64,000 bases of DNA from Octopus bimaculoides. Lineage: Eukaryota. Location of the stretch: positions 68,661,262 through 68,725,261 of the forward strand of contig NC_068982.1 in NCBI RefSeq assembly GCF_001194135.2. The letters are read 5' to 3'. The translations under genes were made by a program, and so were the position numbers. Below the pieces are notes generated by a model. It worked only from the letters and a program-made list of their open reading frames with translations. It made no database searches and was not told where the DNA came from. Positions 37,780 to 50,560 of the stretch are shown piece after piece; the first letter of the stretch is position 1, and each line of letters begins with the position of its first letter.

Positions 37780-38689
37780 TTAAGTCCTAAATAATTTGAT
37801 TCTAACCTCTCTTTAGCATGATACCAATTTGGTTTCTGGCTTAGCCATGTGGTTAAGAAGTTCACTTTGCAATCACGTTGCTTTGCTTTGATCCCAGTGC
37901 TGGGGACCTTGGGCAAGTGTTTTCTATCATGACTTCAAATCAGCCCAAGCTTTGTGAGTTAAACTGAGTAGAAATACAACTGTTTGGAAGCACATTGGAC
38001 TGTGCTTGTCCATTGGTGGTAGATCTGATCTCAGGTTAACACTATCACCTAGCTTTTGGATGCCTTCAATAGAGTCCACTTTATTGCAAACATTCAGGCT
38101 AGGTTTGTAGTCTGAGGAGAAATACATTACACTAGACTGTTTTACATCTATCTTCGATCACAGCTCATGAATTACTGCTGCAACTCATGAGATGTGATTT
38201 ATTCCTCCACCTACATCAGAAGCCCATTAAAGTTAATGGTTGCTGCCTTTTTCATCTTCTAAGCTGTAATAAAAATATAACTCAGTCATGAAATGTATCA
38301 CCTAATATTTTCAATCAGTAGTTTCTAACAAGTTTCTTCTGTAAGCAATATCATTTTGTCATCTTTAACGTAATAAATATTACTTTCCAATACACATTAT
38401 ATAGAATCATCCACATGTCTAAACATCTGCCCAAACCTCACTTTGGTACATTAATATACAGTTACCACATCATAAATTGAAGCTTGACATACAATATCAT
38501 AGTTTTTACACCCTGAAAATATGAGTGTAGTCAGCTGGTAGAATATCAAACATTCTTACTATAACTGTAGTCACCTCATTAAAGTTAGTGAAGCTATTTT
38601 GATTCTGGGAGGATTAGAAAAAATTATGAGAAGTTACTCCAAACTGCAATCTGAAATGACTTTTTCTCAATTATAGAAATATATTACAC

Positions 38690-38875
38690 AATCAATGAAA
38701 ACATTGACTAGTTTTAGCCAATTTTAAAATAATGATGACTTTAGTAAAATAACTGTCATTATTAATCTGGTGTGTGGAACATAAATTAACATGAAATTTT
38801 TATGGAAGGCTTTAATTTAGATGACTTTACAACAGGAAGTTTGTATCTAGAGTAGGTTAATATCAAAAGGGTTAA
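38690..38875. mobile_element. Second copy of the same piggyBac-like MITE end
   Basis: Ends ATCAAAAGGG|TTAA; homologous to 26060-26330. Confidence 0.5.
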
Positions 38876-38945
38876 TTATATATTTTACACGCCAAATCAA
38901 CTAACCCGAGAAATCAGTTAACATATTTGAAATATTAACACTTAC

Positions 38946-39019
38946 AGAGAGTAACGTAGATTATTAATAACATCAGGGCTCATCCTATCTTCAGTCAACC
39001 AGTTAGATTCTGCATGCAT
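38946..39019 (-). CDS. NDUFB8: NDUFB8 exon 3
   Basis: atttcag|ATG CAT GCA...TCT CT|gtaag. MHAESNWLTEDRMSPDVINNLRYSL. 74 nt; phases 0 and 2 bridge exons 2 and 4. Confidence 0.85.
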
Positions 39020-39291
39020 CTGAAATGTAACAATTATTTTAATCCTTTATCTGAAATATTATTATTTTATTTCTTCATCCAAACAGTCTCTTTAAAATCT
39101 TTTATAAGTTTGCATCGAATTTTTCCATGACACAATAAGTGAAATGATTGTGTACATTTAATGCTCACCTATCTTCTCAAGACACACAATAACACAACAA
39201 GCATAGGAAGTTTTGAACTCACTGTTTGTTAGTAGGTCAAAATATTAACTTGAAATTCAAAATAGTGCTTATTTAAAACTGTATCACTTAC

Positions 39292-39512
39292 TGGTTCACC
39301 GAAATTTCTCTTCAGTTCAGGCATATCCCAATTCACATATGGATCTCTACCCTCAGCTGAAACAGGAGGGAGCTTAGGATAGTCTCCTAGGCCAGTACCA
39401 TCGTTTGGATAAGGTTCATAATCTTCAAGTCGAAGACCATATTTTTTGGCTGCTCTTGCTCTTTCTTCTGGAGTTTCAGGAAACTTTTCGGGTTGCCAAT
39501 CATGGTTCCAGT
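39292..39512 (-). CDS. NDUFB8: NDUFB8 exon 2 (complex I ASHI subunit)
   Basis: ttttag|AC TGG AAC...GAA CCA|gtaagt. [73 protein letters not shown] carries the NDUFB8 motifs PEERAAAAKKY, DYEPYPDDG and GDYPKLP. Confidence 0.97.
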
Positions 39513-41837
39513 CTAAAATAACAAATACATAAAGAAATGTAAGAAATCTTGTAAAAATGAAATTTTAGAAATAGGTATGTCTGTGTGGTTATGGTTACTT
39601 TCCATTCATGTATTAAGTTCAGATCACTGCATAACATTTTGGGCAGGTATCTTCTACAATAGCCCTGGGTCAACCTTGAGTAGATTTGGTAGATGAAAAC
39701 TGAAAGAAGCCAGTTGTATATAATATGGGTGTGTCTCTATGCCTTGACATCATACAAAAGTTGTAAACAAGCATCACCATCATACAAGTGGTGTTATTCA
39801 CTTCCAGCCTTCTGTGAAATCATGTCTAGCCACGGGGAAATATTACCTCACTTGGAAACAGGAGAGGGTTGGTGACATGCTGGACATCCAGCTATAGAAG
39901 ATCTACCTCAACAAATTTCATCTGATTCATGCAAGCATGGAAAATGGACATTAAGACAATATTACTGTTGCTGAATATAGTGAAGTTACAGACATGGGGC
40001 TGTTTCTTCTAGAACAGAGCTGATGCTACTTCACTATTGTTGGTTCAAAGAATGATACAGCATTAGAATTATTTCCAAATTGTGACTATTATTAAAGAAT
40101 CACTCAGAACTGCTGTCTCTGAATCTAGATGGTAAACTGGCAGTCATTAGAGCATTGGATAGAATACCTGATGATATTTATTCCAATTCTCTATGTTCTG
40201 AGTTCAAATCCTGCCATGGTCTACTTTACCTTTCCTCCTTTAGGGGATTGATAAAAACAGTACAGTCAGGGCACTGGATTGGCAGAACTGTAAAAACATT
40301 GGATACCTTTAGGTGTTTGTTTCAGGTCTTTGTTTTCTTTATTCAAATCTTACTGCTGATTTAACTCCCCCATTTGGCTAATTAGGTGCTTTCAGTAGAC
40401 TCCACTTTGTTGTAAGTACTTGGACTTATTCTCTCCCACCCACTGGTTTTGGAGACGCTGTAAAGAGTGATGCTTTCTGCTCTGACTAAAATAATTAAAA
40501 AATAAAACAATAACAACAACAATAAACCTTTCAACTATAGACAGAAAGTCTGAAACTGTTAGGGGAGACGTCTTATTGATTATATCGACCTCAAAACGAT
40601 GAAAGGCAAAAATCAACCTTAGCTAAATTTGAACTCAGAAAGCAAAGCCAGAGAAAATGCAACTAAGCATTTTTTCCTGGCATGCCAACAATTCTGCCAG
40701 CTTGCTGCAGTAATAATACTTCTTTCTAATTTTGACACAACTTTGCTAGCAATTTTGAGGGTGAGGGGAAGTCAATTACATCGACCCCAGTATTCAACTG
40801 GTACTTATTTTTATCAGCTCCCCAAAAGATACTGGTATTTATTTTATTGACTTCGGCAGCATAACAATACGGTTCTTTTGAAAATACTAGATACCAGTAC
40901 AAAACAGGAAAGCAAATTGTCTAAAGTTTAGAAAATAACGTTTTGGGCCATTAAAAAAGAAAGGGGTGACTAACACAGCTCTCAGGCCAGGTGGAACCGC
41001 CTAACTCATTACGGACGTTAAATGATGATGTTATGAGTAGCTGCAGTTCAAGATGGGTGGAAATGTTATGGTTAGTGAGGACAATATTCAGGTAAAGGAT
41101 TAACGGTTGTTCCTGAAGTATTTTTTAACTCTGAAGAAATGAAAACTTTGCCAAGTGTCCTTGGGTATGTGAAAAGTTATATGGAAATAAACAACTAAAG
41201 TTATTGAAAAGGTGACTAAGATAGTAAAGATTCTGAAATGAAACATAGGCTTTTGAGAACATTTTAGTGCTCATTGAAACCGAACATAAATTAATTTTAA
41301 CACTATAAAGACGATCTCTTTTAAATCATTGTTGTTAAATGAAGTTAGGTGTTGACAGATCAACAATATACAAATCCTAAATGAAAGACGAACCAAAATA
41401 ACAAAATGAATCATATTCGAGTAAATTTATTGTTTAGATGATCTGGTGTTTGTTAATCTTGCAAACTTTTATAGTTTACTGCTTCTGTGTGAGTGAGAAA
41501 GGATAAAATATAATTTTGGTATCTCTAACAGCAACCGATTTTAGTTGCATAAACATACACTTTGAAATAGACTATTTAAACTTGCTTTTGTACATTAAAA
41601 AAAATATGAACCAGTATTTAAATTATGCTTTAGAATTGAGTTAAGCACGTAAAAATAATAACCTAATTTATTCTCATCAATAAATAAGAAATCATGTCAT
41701 ATAATGAACGAATGGAGCAAGTATTTCAGAAAGAAATATATTGTTAACCAAGGTCATAAACAGATGGTTTGATAATCCAGTAAAAACAAAGACATAAAGT
41801 AAATAATACTGAGGAGAAATTCGAGATGATACTTTAC

Positions 41838-41940
41838 ATGCAGCTAATGGACGTCCAATATATATTTTTCTTATTTGGTTGACCGAAGAAACTGATCGAA
41901 GAGCAGAAACTGCTCGGTTAAAGTTTCGAAACGAAGCCAT
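41838..41940 (-). CDS. NDUFB8: NDUFB8 exon 1 (mitochondrial presequence)
   Basis: MASFRNFNRAVSALRSVSSVNQIRKIYIGRPLAA is Arg/Ser-rich with no acidic residues. Ends GCA T|gtaaag; phase 1 joins exon 2 (T+AC = Tyr). Confidence 0.88.
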
Positions 41941-43327
41941 ATTTTTAGTTGGAGTCGAGGAGATTACTTGTAAGGGAAGTAACTCTTATAAAAGTCGTTC
42001 CAAGGTGATGTCCAGCTTCTCTCTCTTCGATACGAAAATATAAATTAGGATTTTTGTTTACAGAATAATTTTAGAATATTTAAACAGCGCAATAGCACTA
42101 ATAATCTGATATTTTAATAATTATTTTTTACATCAGCACAATGCCACAAAGTAAAAAATCGACTCAGTGTGAAGGCGCGTTACCTAGCGGTAAGGTCGTG
42201 GGTTCGATTCCTGGTAACTGGGGCGCATTGTGTCCTTGAGTAAGACAATTCTTTTGCGTTGCTATAATCTACTCAGCTGCACAAGAATAATCCATGGTAC
42301 TGGTGAAGCCCTCTCTCTTTCCAACTGTGACATCCTGGATGTTTCGCTGAGTCAACGAGGGGGGTCGAGAGGTACCTGTCTGTTCGAGACTACATAGATA
42401 CTTAAAGCAATTAGCGGAAGTATGGTATTTGTCATTAAGCCATACTCACCTGTGAGTGACTGCTAACTATGCTGTACATGTCAGGTATATATTTTATTAA
42501 CCTTCGTGAAATCCATACAAAGAATGTAATGCAGTGAATCTGAAGACGGCAAGGTTTTTAGTCTGGTGTTCTACCATTTTCACCAGCACCTTCCGAAATT
42601 CAAATAAAATTTTCAAGTTTTCAATTGTATTTACTGATGATATGATAGGATGTCCAACTAATAACCAAAAGTGCAATGATTTGTATCATGTCATCAGCTA
42701 GCCTATATCCTTAATCTTAGCTTCAGTCCATCTTAGTGAAACATAAAAACCATTCTTTATAGGTGAAAAAGAGATATTGAATTCACCACCACAAGCTATT
42801 GAAGCTCTTGTTACTTATACAATGCTCCAGAAAAATTATAGGCTTCACCATCATAGCATTGTGCTCCTGTTTAACTAACTCTTCTCTAACAATGTCAAAA
42901 GGAATTTTGTATGCATAGATCATTGCTGGTGCTCTCCACTCTAACTTTTTTTGCTGTTCATGTAGCCCTAGTAAATAGATGCCTTGGAACCAACAAACAA
43001 GCTATTATGAGGTCAACTGGTCTGGGAAAAATAGCAACCAAATTTACCTCAAAATAAACCTTATTTCAGACCTTTGTTCCATGTGGAGCATAGGCCATTG
43101 ATGACTTTTCTAAACTCTGGGCTGTCTTCTCTGCTTCTCTCAAGTTGGATCACTGCTTTTCGTTTGCTTTAGTATCTCATCTTCCTGAGGGAAGGCTTTC
43201 CTCTCCAAGGGTTTGAATTGTTATTGATGCTTCTGTAATTTTTTTTTTTCTAGGTATGAAGCCCTACATAGCAGGTTGTTCATATTCTGTATATTTTCAG
43301 ATTTTGTTTCTCCATATATCTATAAAT

Positions 43328-43438
43328 TGGCTGTGTGGTAAGAAGCACAACCACATGGTTGTGTCTTCTACTATAGCCTCGGGCTGACCAAAACCTTGTG
43401 AATGGATTTGGTAGATGGAAACTGAAACAAGCCTGTCG

Positions 43439-43450
<12 letters not shown>
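43328..43450 (+). mobile_element. tRNA-head SINE (ggctgtgtggtaagaagc...gatggaaactgaaa family), internally deleted
   Basis: Other copies at about 2690-2840(-), 15385-15520, 30355-30500, 31150-31310, 32110-32240, 33525-33640, 37845-37990, 39580-39720, 47420-47580(-), 48085-48230 and 63150-63290. Confidence 0.75.
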
Positions 43451-43473
<23 letters not shown>

Positions 43474-43699
43474 GTCTGTTTGTCCCCCCACCATCACTTT
43501 GTTTATGTCCATGTAACTGCGGTTTGGCAACCAATGTTTATGTCCCTGTAAGTGCGGTTTGGCAAGAAAGAGACCGATAGAATAAGTACTAGGCTTACAA
43601 AGAATAAGTTCTGGGATTGATTTGTTTGACTAAAGGTAGTGCTCCAGCATGGCTGCAGTCAAATGATTGAAACAAGTGAAAGAATATTGCTATATATAT

Positions 43700-44740
43700 T
43701 TACGTGTATATCATCATCATCATCATCATTTAACGTCTGTTGTCCATGCTGGCATGGGTTGGATGGTTTGACCAAGGCTGGCAAGCTGGGAGGCTGCACC
43801 AAACTCCAGTCTGATTTGGCATGGTTTCTATAGCTGGATGCCCTTCCTAATGCCAAGCNNNNNNNNNNTATGAGCCAATTGCATGACACCGGTATCTGTC
43901 ATGATTGCAATTTTTCTTGGCTTGATGAGTCTTCTTCTCAAGCATGACATAATGCCAAAGGTCTCGGTCATTGCCTCCAAGAGGCTCAACACTCAAAAGG
44001 AGCTCGGTCACTTTGCCTCTGTGAGGCCCAACGCTCAAAAGATGCTTCAAAGGTCTTGGTCATTGATACTGTGAGACCCAACACTCAAAAAGAGTTCAGC
44101 CACTATACCTCTGTGAGGCCCAATGCTCAAAAGGTGCTTTTTATGTGCCAGTTACGTGACACCAGCATCAGCTATGATTGCGATTTCACTTGGCTTGATG
44201 AGTCTTCTCAAGCACAGCATATTGCTAAAGGTCTTGGTCACTAGTCATTGCCTCTGTGCGGCCCAAAGTTCGAAGATCATGCTTCACCACCTCCTCCCAT
44301 GTCTTCCTGAGTCTACCTCTATCACAGGCTCCCTTCACAGTTAGAGATTGGCACTTCTTTACGTAGCTGTCATCATTCAGATACATCACAACTATACCAG
44401 TGCAGTTGTCTCTCTTGCACACCACATCTGATGCCTCATGCCTAACTTTTCTTACACTCTGACAATGCACATCTAGTGAAGCATGCTGGCTTCATTTCTT
44501 TCAATCCTATGCATGTCCTCGGCTGTTGCAGCCCATGTTTCACTGCATTGTAGCATAGCTGTATGCCTTTCACTCTGAGAGAGAGACCCTTTATTGCCAG
44601 GTAGGAGTGCTCTGAACTTTGCCCAGCTTGATCTTATTCTCACAGCTATACTCTTAGATCATCCACCTCTACTACTTAGTCACCTAGATAATGGAAGCTA
44701 TCTACTACCTCCAGCTTATCCCACTGGCAGTTGATCAAGC
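43700..44740 (-). mobile_element. RTE LINE 3' part with tandemly duplicated C-terminal segment
   Basis: RGRLRKTWEEVVKHDLRTLGRTEAMTSDQDL on -, repeated units at 43960-44140, and a (CAT)n tail at about 43710. Confidence 0.85.
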
Positions 44741-46131
44741 CTAAGTGTGTTTATATGTATCATTATCTCTCTCTCTCTCTCTGTATATATATATAGATAT
44801 ATACACATATTTGTAATCACTTAAAGAGACACATCTACACTTATGGATACTCCAAAACCAGTTGTTCAGTATCCTACCCATAACGGATCGATGCTAGAGG
44901 GGTCAAAGCAATTATAGTGATCAATAAATATTCTTGTGTCTTTAATATTCCATCTCTCTCATTAATCAAATTCCAAGCAAACACTGTGAAAGTGAACATG
45001 CTTTACCAGTAAGCTACCCGGTGTATACCATACGATTTATTATTTAATAATATAAGTGTGTGTGTGTGTAATAGAATAAAGCAGACAACTGGTATCAGGT
45101 CAGATTATGCCATGTACATAATTATACATTGATATAACAAGGGTGGAAACTCCTGCAACATTCATTTCTACCATCATGTTATATTAATGTATAAATACAT
45201 AAATGTCATATGACCTGATACCAGTTATTTGCCTGTCTGTATGTTTATACTTGTACCAGCTCAACTGGAACACTACCTATAGCCAATCTTCATTTGACAG
45301 CTATAACTTCCTCGCATTTTAAGTTGTAGTTCAGGCATGAAATCAACCCGAGCACTAATTGTATATACCTGTTATCTTACGTCATCTGACATAATATCTG
45401 AAATATATATGAAACTATTAGTAGCACTTAAATGCATGCATTGTGCCTGTTAAATAAATAATATTTATCTCTCACCAGATAGAGTACTTTTTTTGCCAAA
45501 TTTTCAACCATGGAACAGTACATTACATACATATATATATATATATATATCCACCTTAATTTTATAGCAGTGTATGAGTATATAAATGTTATAATCTGAC
45601 CTGATACCAGTTGTTTGTCTGCTTGTACATTGTCTGTGCTCATGCCACATAGAAAGCACTCTGTCCACTCTGCAGGGTAGTTGGTGTTAGGAAGGGTATT
45701 CAGCTGTAAAATCCATGCCAAAATAGACACAGAAGTCTGGTGCAGTCTTCTGCCTGGCCAGCTCCTATCAAACTGTTGAACCCATATGCCAGCATGGAAA
45801 GCAAACGTTAAATGATGATGATGATGATATATATATATATATATAGACAATTCAAATAAATAAGGAGAATTATACATCTATATAGTTTTTATTATTACAG
45901 TCATTTACACAGTATATCTTAGTTGAACATATGCTTCTGCAGCATGGATATCTTGCAATGTGGTCCTCATTTGCTTCTTATTTGTTCATCTGCATGCAAA
46001 TTTCATTCCAGTTAAAAACATGTCCATGCAGGCTTATTTGATGCATTTATTTGTGAAGTTAAGGAAGTTATTAAAAATTGAAATCCATCAGTGACTTTGG
46101 AACACCCTATATATATATATATATATATATA

Positions 46132-47305
46132 TTGGGTCAGCCTCTAAATAATGTGGTGTTTTTATACTTCTTTTATTTTTCAAAATTAAGATAAACAAAG
46201 TTCTTTTTTAATCTAAATTAGACTCTCCTTCATTTTCTACAATACTCTTCTAAAATTCACTTGTCCATAATGAAAGATACTCCTCTGGTATTGTTCTAAC
46301 CTCGTTTACAGAGTTCATCTTTTCTGTGCAAATGATTTTGAAGACTGCGGAATAAATAATAATCAGATGGGGCAATGTCAGGTGGATATTCAAACTGCTC
46401 CAGCCTTTGGAATATTATCCTTGCTGTATGTGGCCGAGCATTATTCTGATGGAAGAACACCTTTCATTTTGAAACCAAAGATGGTTGTTTTTCTTCTAGC
46501 GCTGACTTAAGCCACTCAAGCTGCTCGCAGTAGATCTCCTTTGTTATCATTTTGTTTGGGTTTAAAAATTCAAAGGGGACTAAACCTTCCATATCCCACC
46601 AAACAGATAACACTTTTGTGAGTGAAGAACTTCTTTAGCCTGTGTTTCTCCTTTCCCTACCCACTGTCTTTGGCGCTTGACATTTTTATAGAGAACCCGT
46701 TTCTCATCATCAGTCACTATTCGGTCCAAAAAAGGTTCATTTGTGAGACATGACATCAAAGAAGAGCACACATTCATTCTCTGCACATGATTAGAATTGG
46801 AAATTTGTGAGGAACCCATTGACCAAATTTGCTGACTTTTCCGATGGCATGCAGGTGTCGATGAATGGTTGAATGACCAAATCCAAGCTTCTCTGTTAGT
46901 TCCTCAGGATTTTGTTCTACCAGAGTTTGCAGGATGTCCTCGTCAAACTCTACAGATCTCCCAGGATGAGGCATATCTTCTAGGTTGAAGTTTCTGGAAC
47001 CACCATTGACACTGGCTTACATTTATTGTACGATCCTCATATACTGAATTAATATTCCTTGCACTTTCCTTTATTAAACTCATAAACCAAAATATGCCGA
47101 ATATACTTTGTGACTTCCATTATAGCTTTGAAAAAAAAAACTGTTAAAATCATACTGCACTCTTCAAACCTAGCACCAAGAATAAGGACAAGGTAAAATT
47201 ACTACCTGCTTTTATAGCAAGTTGATGCAGGTAGTTTATCCCAATCCCCTCTAACTTTTAGTTCATGCAATTGAACAAAAACGCATTATTTATGGGACGA
47301 TCCAA
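46132..47305 (-). mobile_element. Older degenerate mariner with transposase remnants
   Basis: Imperfect TIRs ttgggtcagcctctaaataatg and ttggatcgtcccataaataatg, each flanked by TA. Minus-strand fragments MEVTKYIRHILVYEFNKG, GQWVPHK, FLDRIVTDDEK, HQNNARPH and PPDIAPSDYYLFRSL. Confidence 0.9.
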
Positions 47306-48689
47306 TATATACTTACCTATACATATATATATATATGCATAGATACATCTACTTTTGTATATATATACATAAATGTACATATATACATCCATATATATAT
47401 ATACATATACTATATGTCAGGCTACTTTCAATTTCTTTCTATCCAATTCATTCACAAGGCTTTGGTTGGTCCAGGGTTACAGTAGAAGACACTTGTCCAA
47501 GGTGTTACACAATGGGACTGAACCCAAAGATATGCGGTCAGAAAGCAAGTTTCTTAACCACACAGTCATACCTGCACATCTCCATTAAAATTGCCACCTG
47601 CAATGATGAGATTGTTGTAATTTACTCTCAAGGTAGCCTGCTGGGTGGTTTCACAGAAGCAGTCTTTCTATTTATAAGCCCTGATTGTGGTACATATGTA
47701 GAGATGTCACTGTTGTGTTGGCCATGACTACCAAAGTAGTAGAGAATCACATACTCTGATTACCTCAACTATTTTATCTATTTCTTTGTTAACAGAATAC
47801 CTACTCCACCGACCCAGAAAATTATGTATTTTTGTTCCTTGGTCATGAGAGGTCTAGCAGAGACTCTGAGATGTGTACAAAGCATTCATCTGTTGACTTT
47901 TGCTCCAGTGTCTCTACATACCAGAGATAAAATGTCAAGAACTTGATTTTATTTTTATTTTTTTCCAGATCATCCAATAGTTTGAAAAATGTAAAATAGT
48001 TAAAATATTCCTTATAATTAGAAAATTTGAAGAAAAAAAAAAAAAAAGGACTCTTGAACATGAAAGATAAATATTTCTTCATGTAGGTGCAGATGTGGCT
48101 GTGGTTGAGAAACTTGCTTCCCAGCCATGTGACTTTTGCATAACACCTTCAGCAATTGTCTTCAACTTTAGTTGTGAGCTGACCAATGCCTTATGAGTGT
48201 GCTTGGTAGACAGAAACTGAAAGAAGTACATTGTACATGCGTATTTGTGTTGGTATGTTTTCGTCTTGACATCAAGTAATGGTTGCAAATGAGCATTATC
48301 AAGTGATGTTCTTTGTTTCCAGTCATCTGTGAAAAACTTGCGTTGGTGGGGAAATATTACCTTGCCAGTAAACAGGTGAGGATTGGCAAGGAAGGATATC
48401 TGGCCATAGAAAAACTGCCTTAACAAATCCTGTCTGACCCATGCAAACATTCAAAAGTGGATTTTAAACTAATGATGATGATGATCACAGGATTCTTAAA
48501 TAACTGGTCCCATTCATAGTAATTAATATTTTGAACATAATGAGTGCACTATTCAGTTTTAGTCCACTGCTTTGGCTTAGAATCATTTGAAAGGAAATCT
48601 AACTGGAAGAAAAGGACCAACAAAGAGTAATACCAAATAGCTAAAAGTAAAACAAGTTTACATAGCACAGGGAGAGAGTGAAAACAAGG

Positions 48690-50560
48690 GGTTTTGCTAT
48701 AAGATGATCAGAGGCATAAAGTACCCCGGATTGCAGAACAATGTCAAGCTGTCTATGGGAACACACTGTATGCTGATGACCTTGTATTTGTAGGAGTCTG
48801 TAGGGGACTTAGGGAAGATATTCCAGATGTGAAAATGAAACCTAGAATTGAGATGCATCATCATCACTTAACATGTTTTCCATTCTGTTACGGATTGGAT
48901 GGTTTGATGGGAACTGGCTAGCCAGAAGACTGTGCTAAGTTCTTGTCTGTTTTGGCATAGTTTCTATGGCTGGATACCCTTCCTAATGCCAACCACTTTA
49001 CAGTGTGTACTGTGTACTTTTTATGCCGCACTAGCACTAGCATGATCACCAAGTAATATGCAAAACCACTTCAAAGACCCCTCAACTGAAGGAGGAGCAG
49101 TATTGAGAGAGGTGGCTTTGTGCCAGGTAAGGTAATGAGAAGTTAAGCCATGTTAGGACAGAAACAGGTGTCTTGTTGTTGCAGAGAGACATGGCTACCA
49201 TAGGTAGAGAGAGAGAGGATGATGGTGAAGATGTGCCAGGGCATACCCTCAAGGTACATGAAGGAGAATGTAGGTGGAGTGATACAAAGTATTGGACAAG
49301 GTGAGCAAGCAGGGAGTTCATGAGAGAGTAAAAAAGGAGAGTAGTAGGGGAAGGGGAATGCAGTGAGTGGTGAACATTGGTAGCAGTAGGATAGAAACAA
49401 AACAGTTGGCAGAGCTACAACAGGAGAGAGAAGTATGACAAAGCAGCAGTGGGTGAGAGTGTGTCGTATAGGATGATAGTTTGGTTCATTAGGAAGGAGG
49501 GAGATTAATGTTACATGTGGAGAGCATACAATACACAGTGCTTCCAGAATTTAGTTTTGTTGAGGTGGGCAGGTCTTCTCAAGAACCTCATATCACCAGA
49601 CAGCTTGGTCCATTGTCATCTCCACAAAGCACTACTTCATTCCATGTCTTTCTTGGGTCTCCTTCTGCAGGTTCCATCTACTCTAAGTGATTGGAACTTT
49701 CTTTTTATACAGGTTCCTCATCCATGTGCATCACTCACATGACCAAACCATTATAGTTGTTCCTCTTGCATACTAAATCTGATTCCTCTCATGCCTAACT
49801 TTTCTCTCAACACATTTTCACTTTCTTGTGCATGCATACTGACACTGCACATCCATTGGAGCATACTAGTTTCATTCCTCACCAGTCTTCACATATCTTC
49901 TACATTTAGGGCCCACATCTCACTACTAGGTGCATAGCTTTTCATATACAAGCTGCCTTTCACTCTGAGAGAGAAGCCTTTTGTTGTCAACGGAGGTAAT
50001 AACTCTAAACTTTCTCCATCCTCTTCTTATTTTAACAACTATACTTTCAGAACATACTCCTCCACTGCTAATTTGGTCCCTAGGTAACAAAAACTATCCA
50101 CAACCTCAAGAGAGCTCCTGGGTATTTAAGAAAATTTAATTCCCATGTACCTCAGAATTACTGAAGATTTTAGTTAAGTAGGAAAAAAGATAAAACTCTG
50201 TAACCACTAGGGAAATGCCATGCTGTTACTGGAAAAGGAGTAAGGAAGAATTCCATATGGTGTACTCAATGTGAACTATGGGTGCATAATACATACACTG
50301 AGATCACAGGTAGGCTGGTAGAAAAACAAAAAACAATGACATACATACAAGAGTAGTTAGAGCACCTGTGAGATAAATTCTTTCAATGTTTGGAGGCTCT
50401 CATAGTAGTTGAGAACTTCTGTTACCTAGGTGACTGAAGTAGCAGTGGAGGGTATTCTGAAAGAATAGTAGCTAGAATAAGAACATGGTGGCTACAACTT
50501 CTACCAGAGACAAAGGGAGTCTCTTTTTGAGCAAAAAATGGAAAGTATAAAGTATGATGT
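48690..50560. mobile_element. Cluster of RTE LINE fragments in both orientations
   Basis: LYADDLV at about 48768 (+), a reverse tail at 48860-49200, reverse RT pieces at 49500-50110, and a FCYLGD-like piece at about 50420 (+). Confidence 0.7.
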
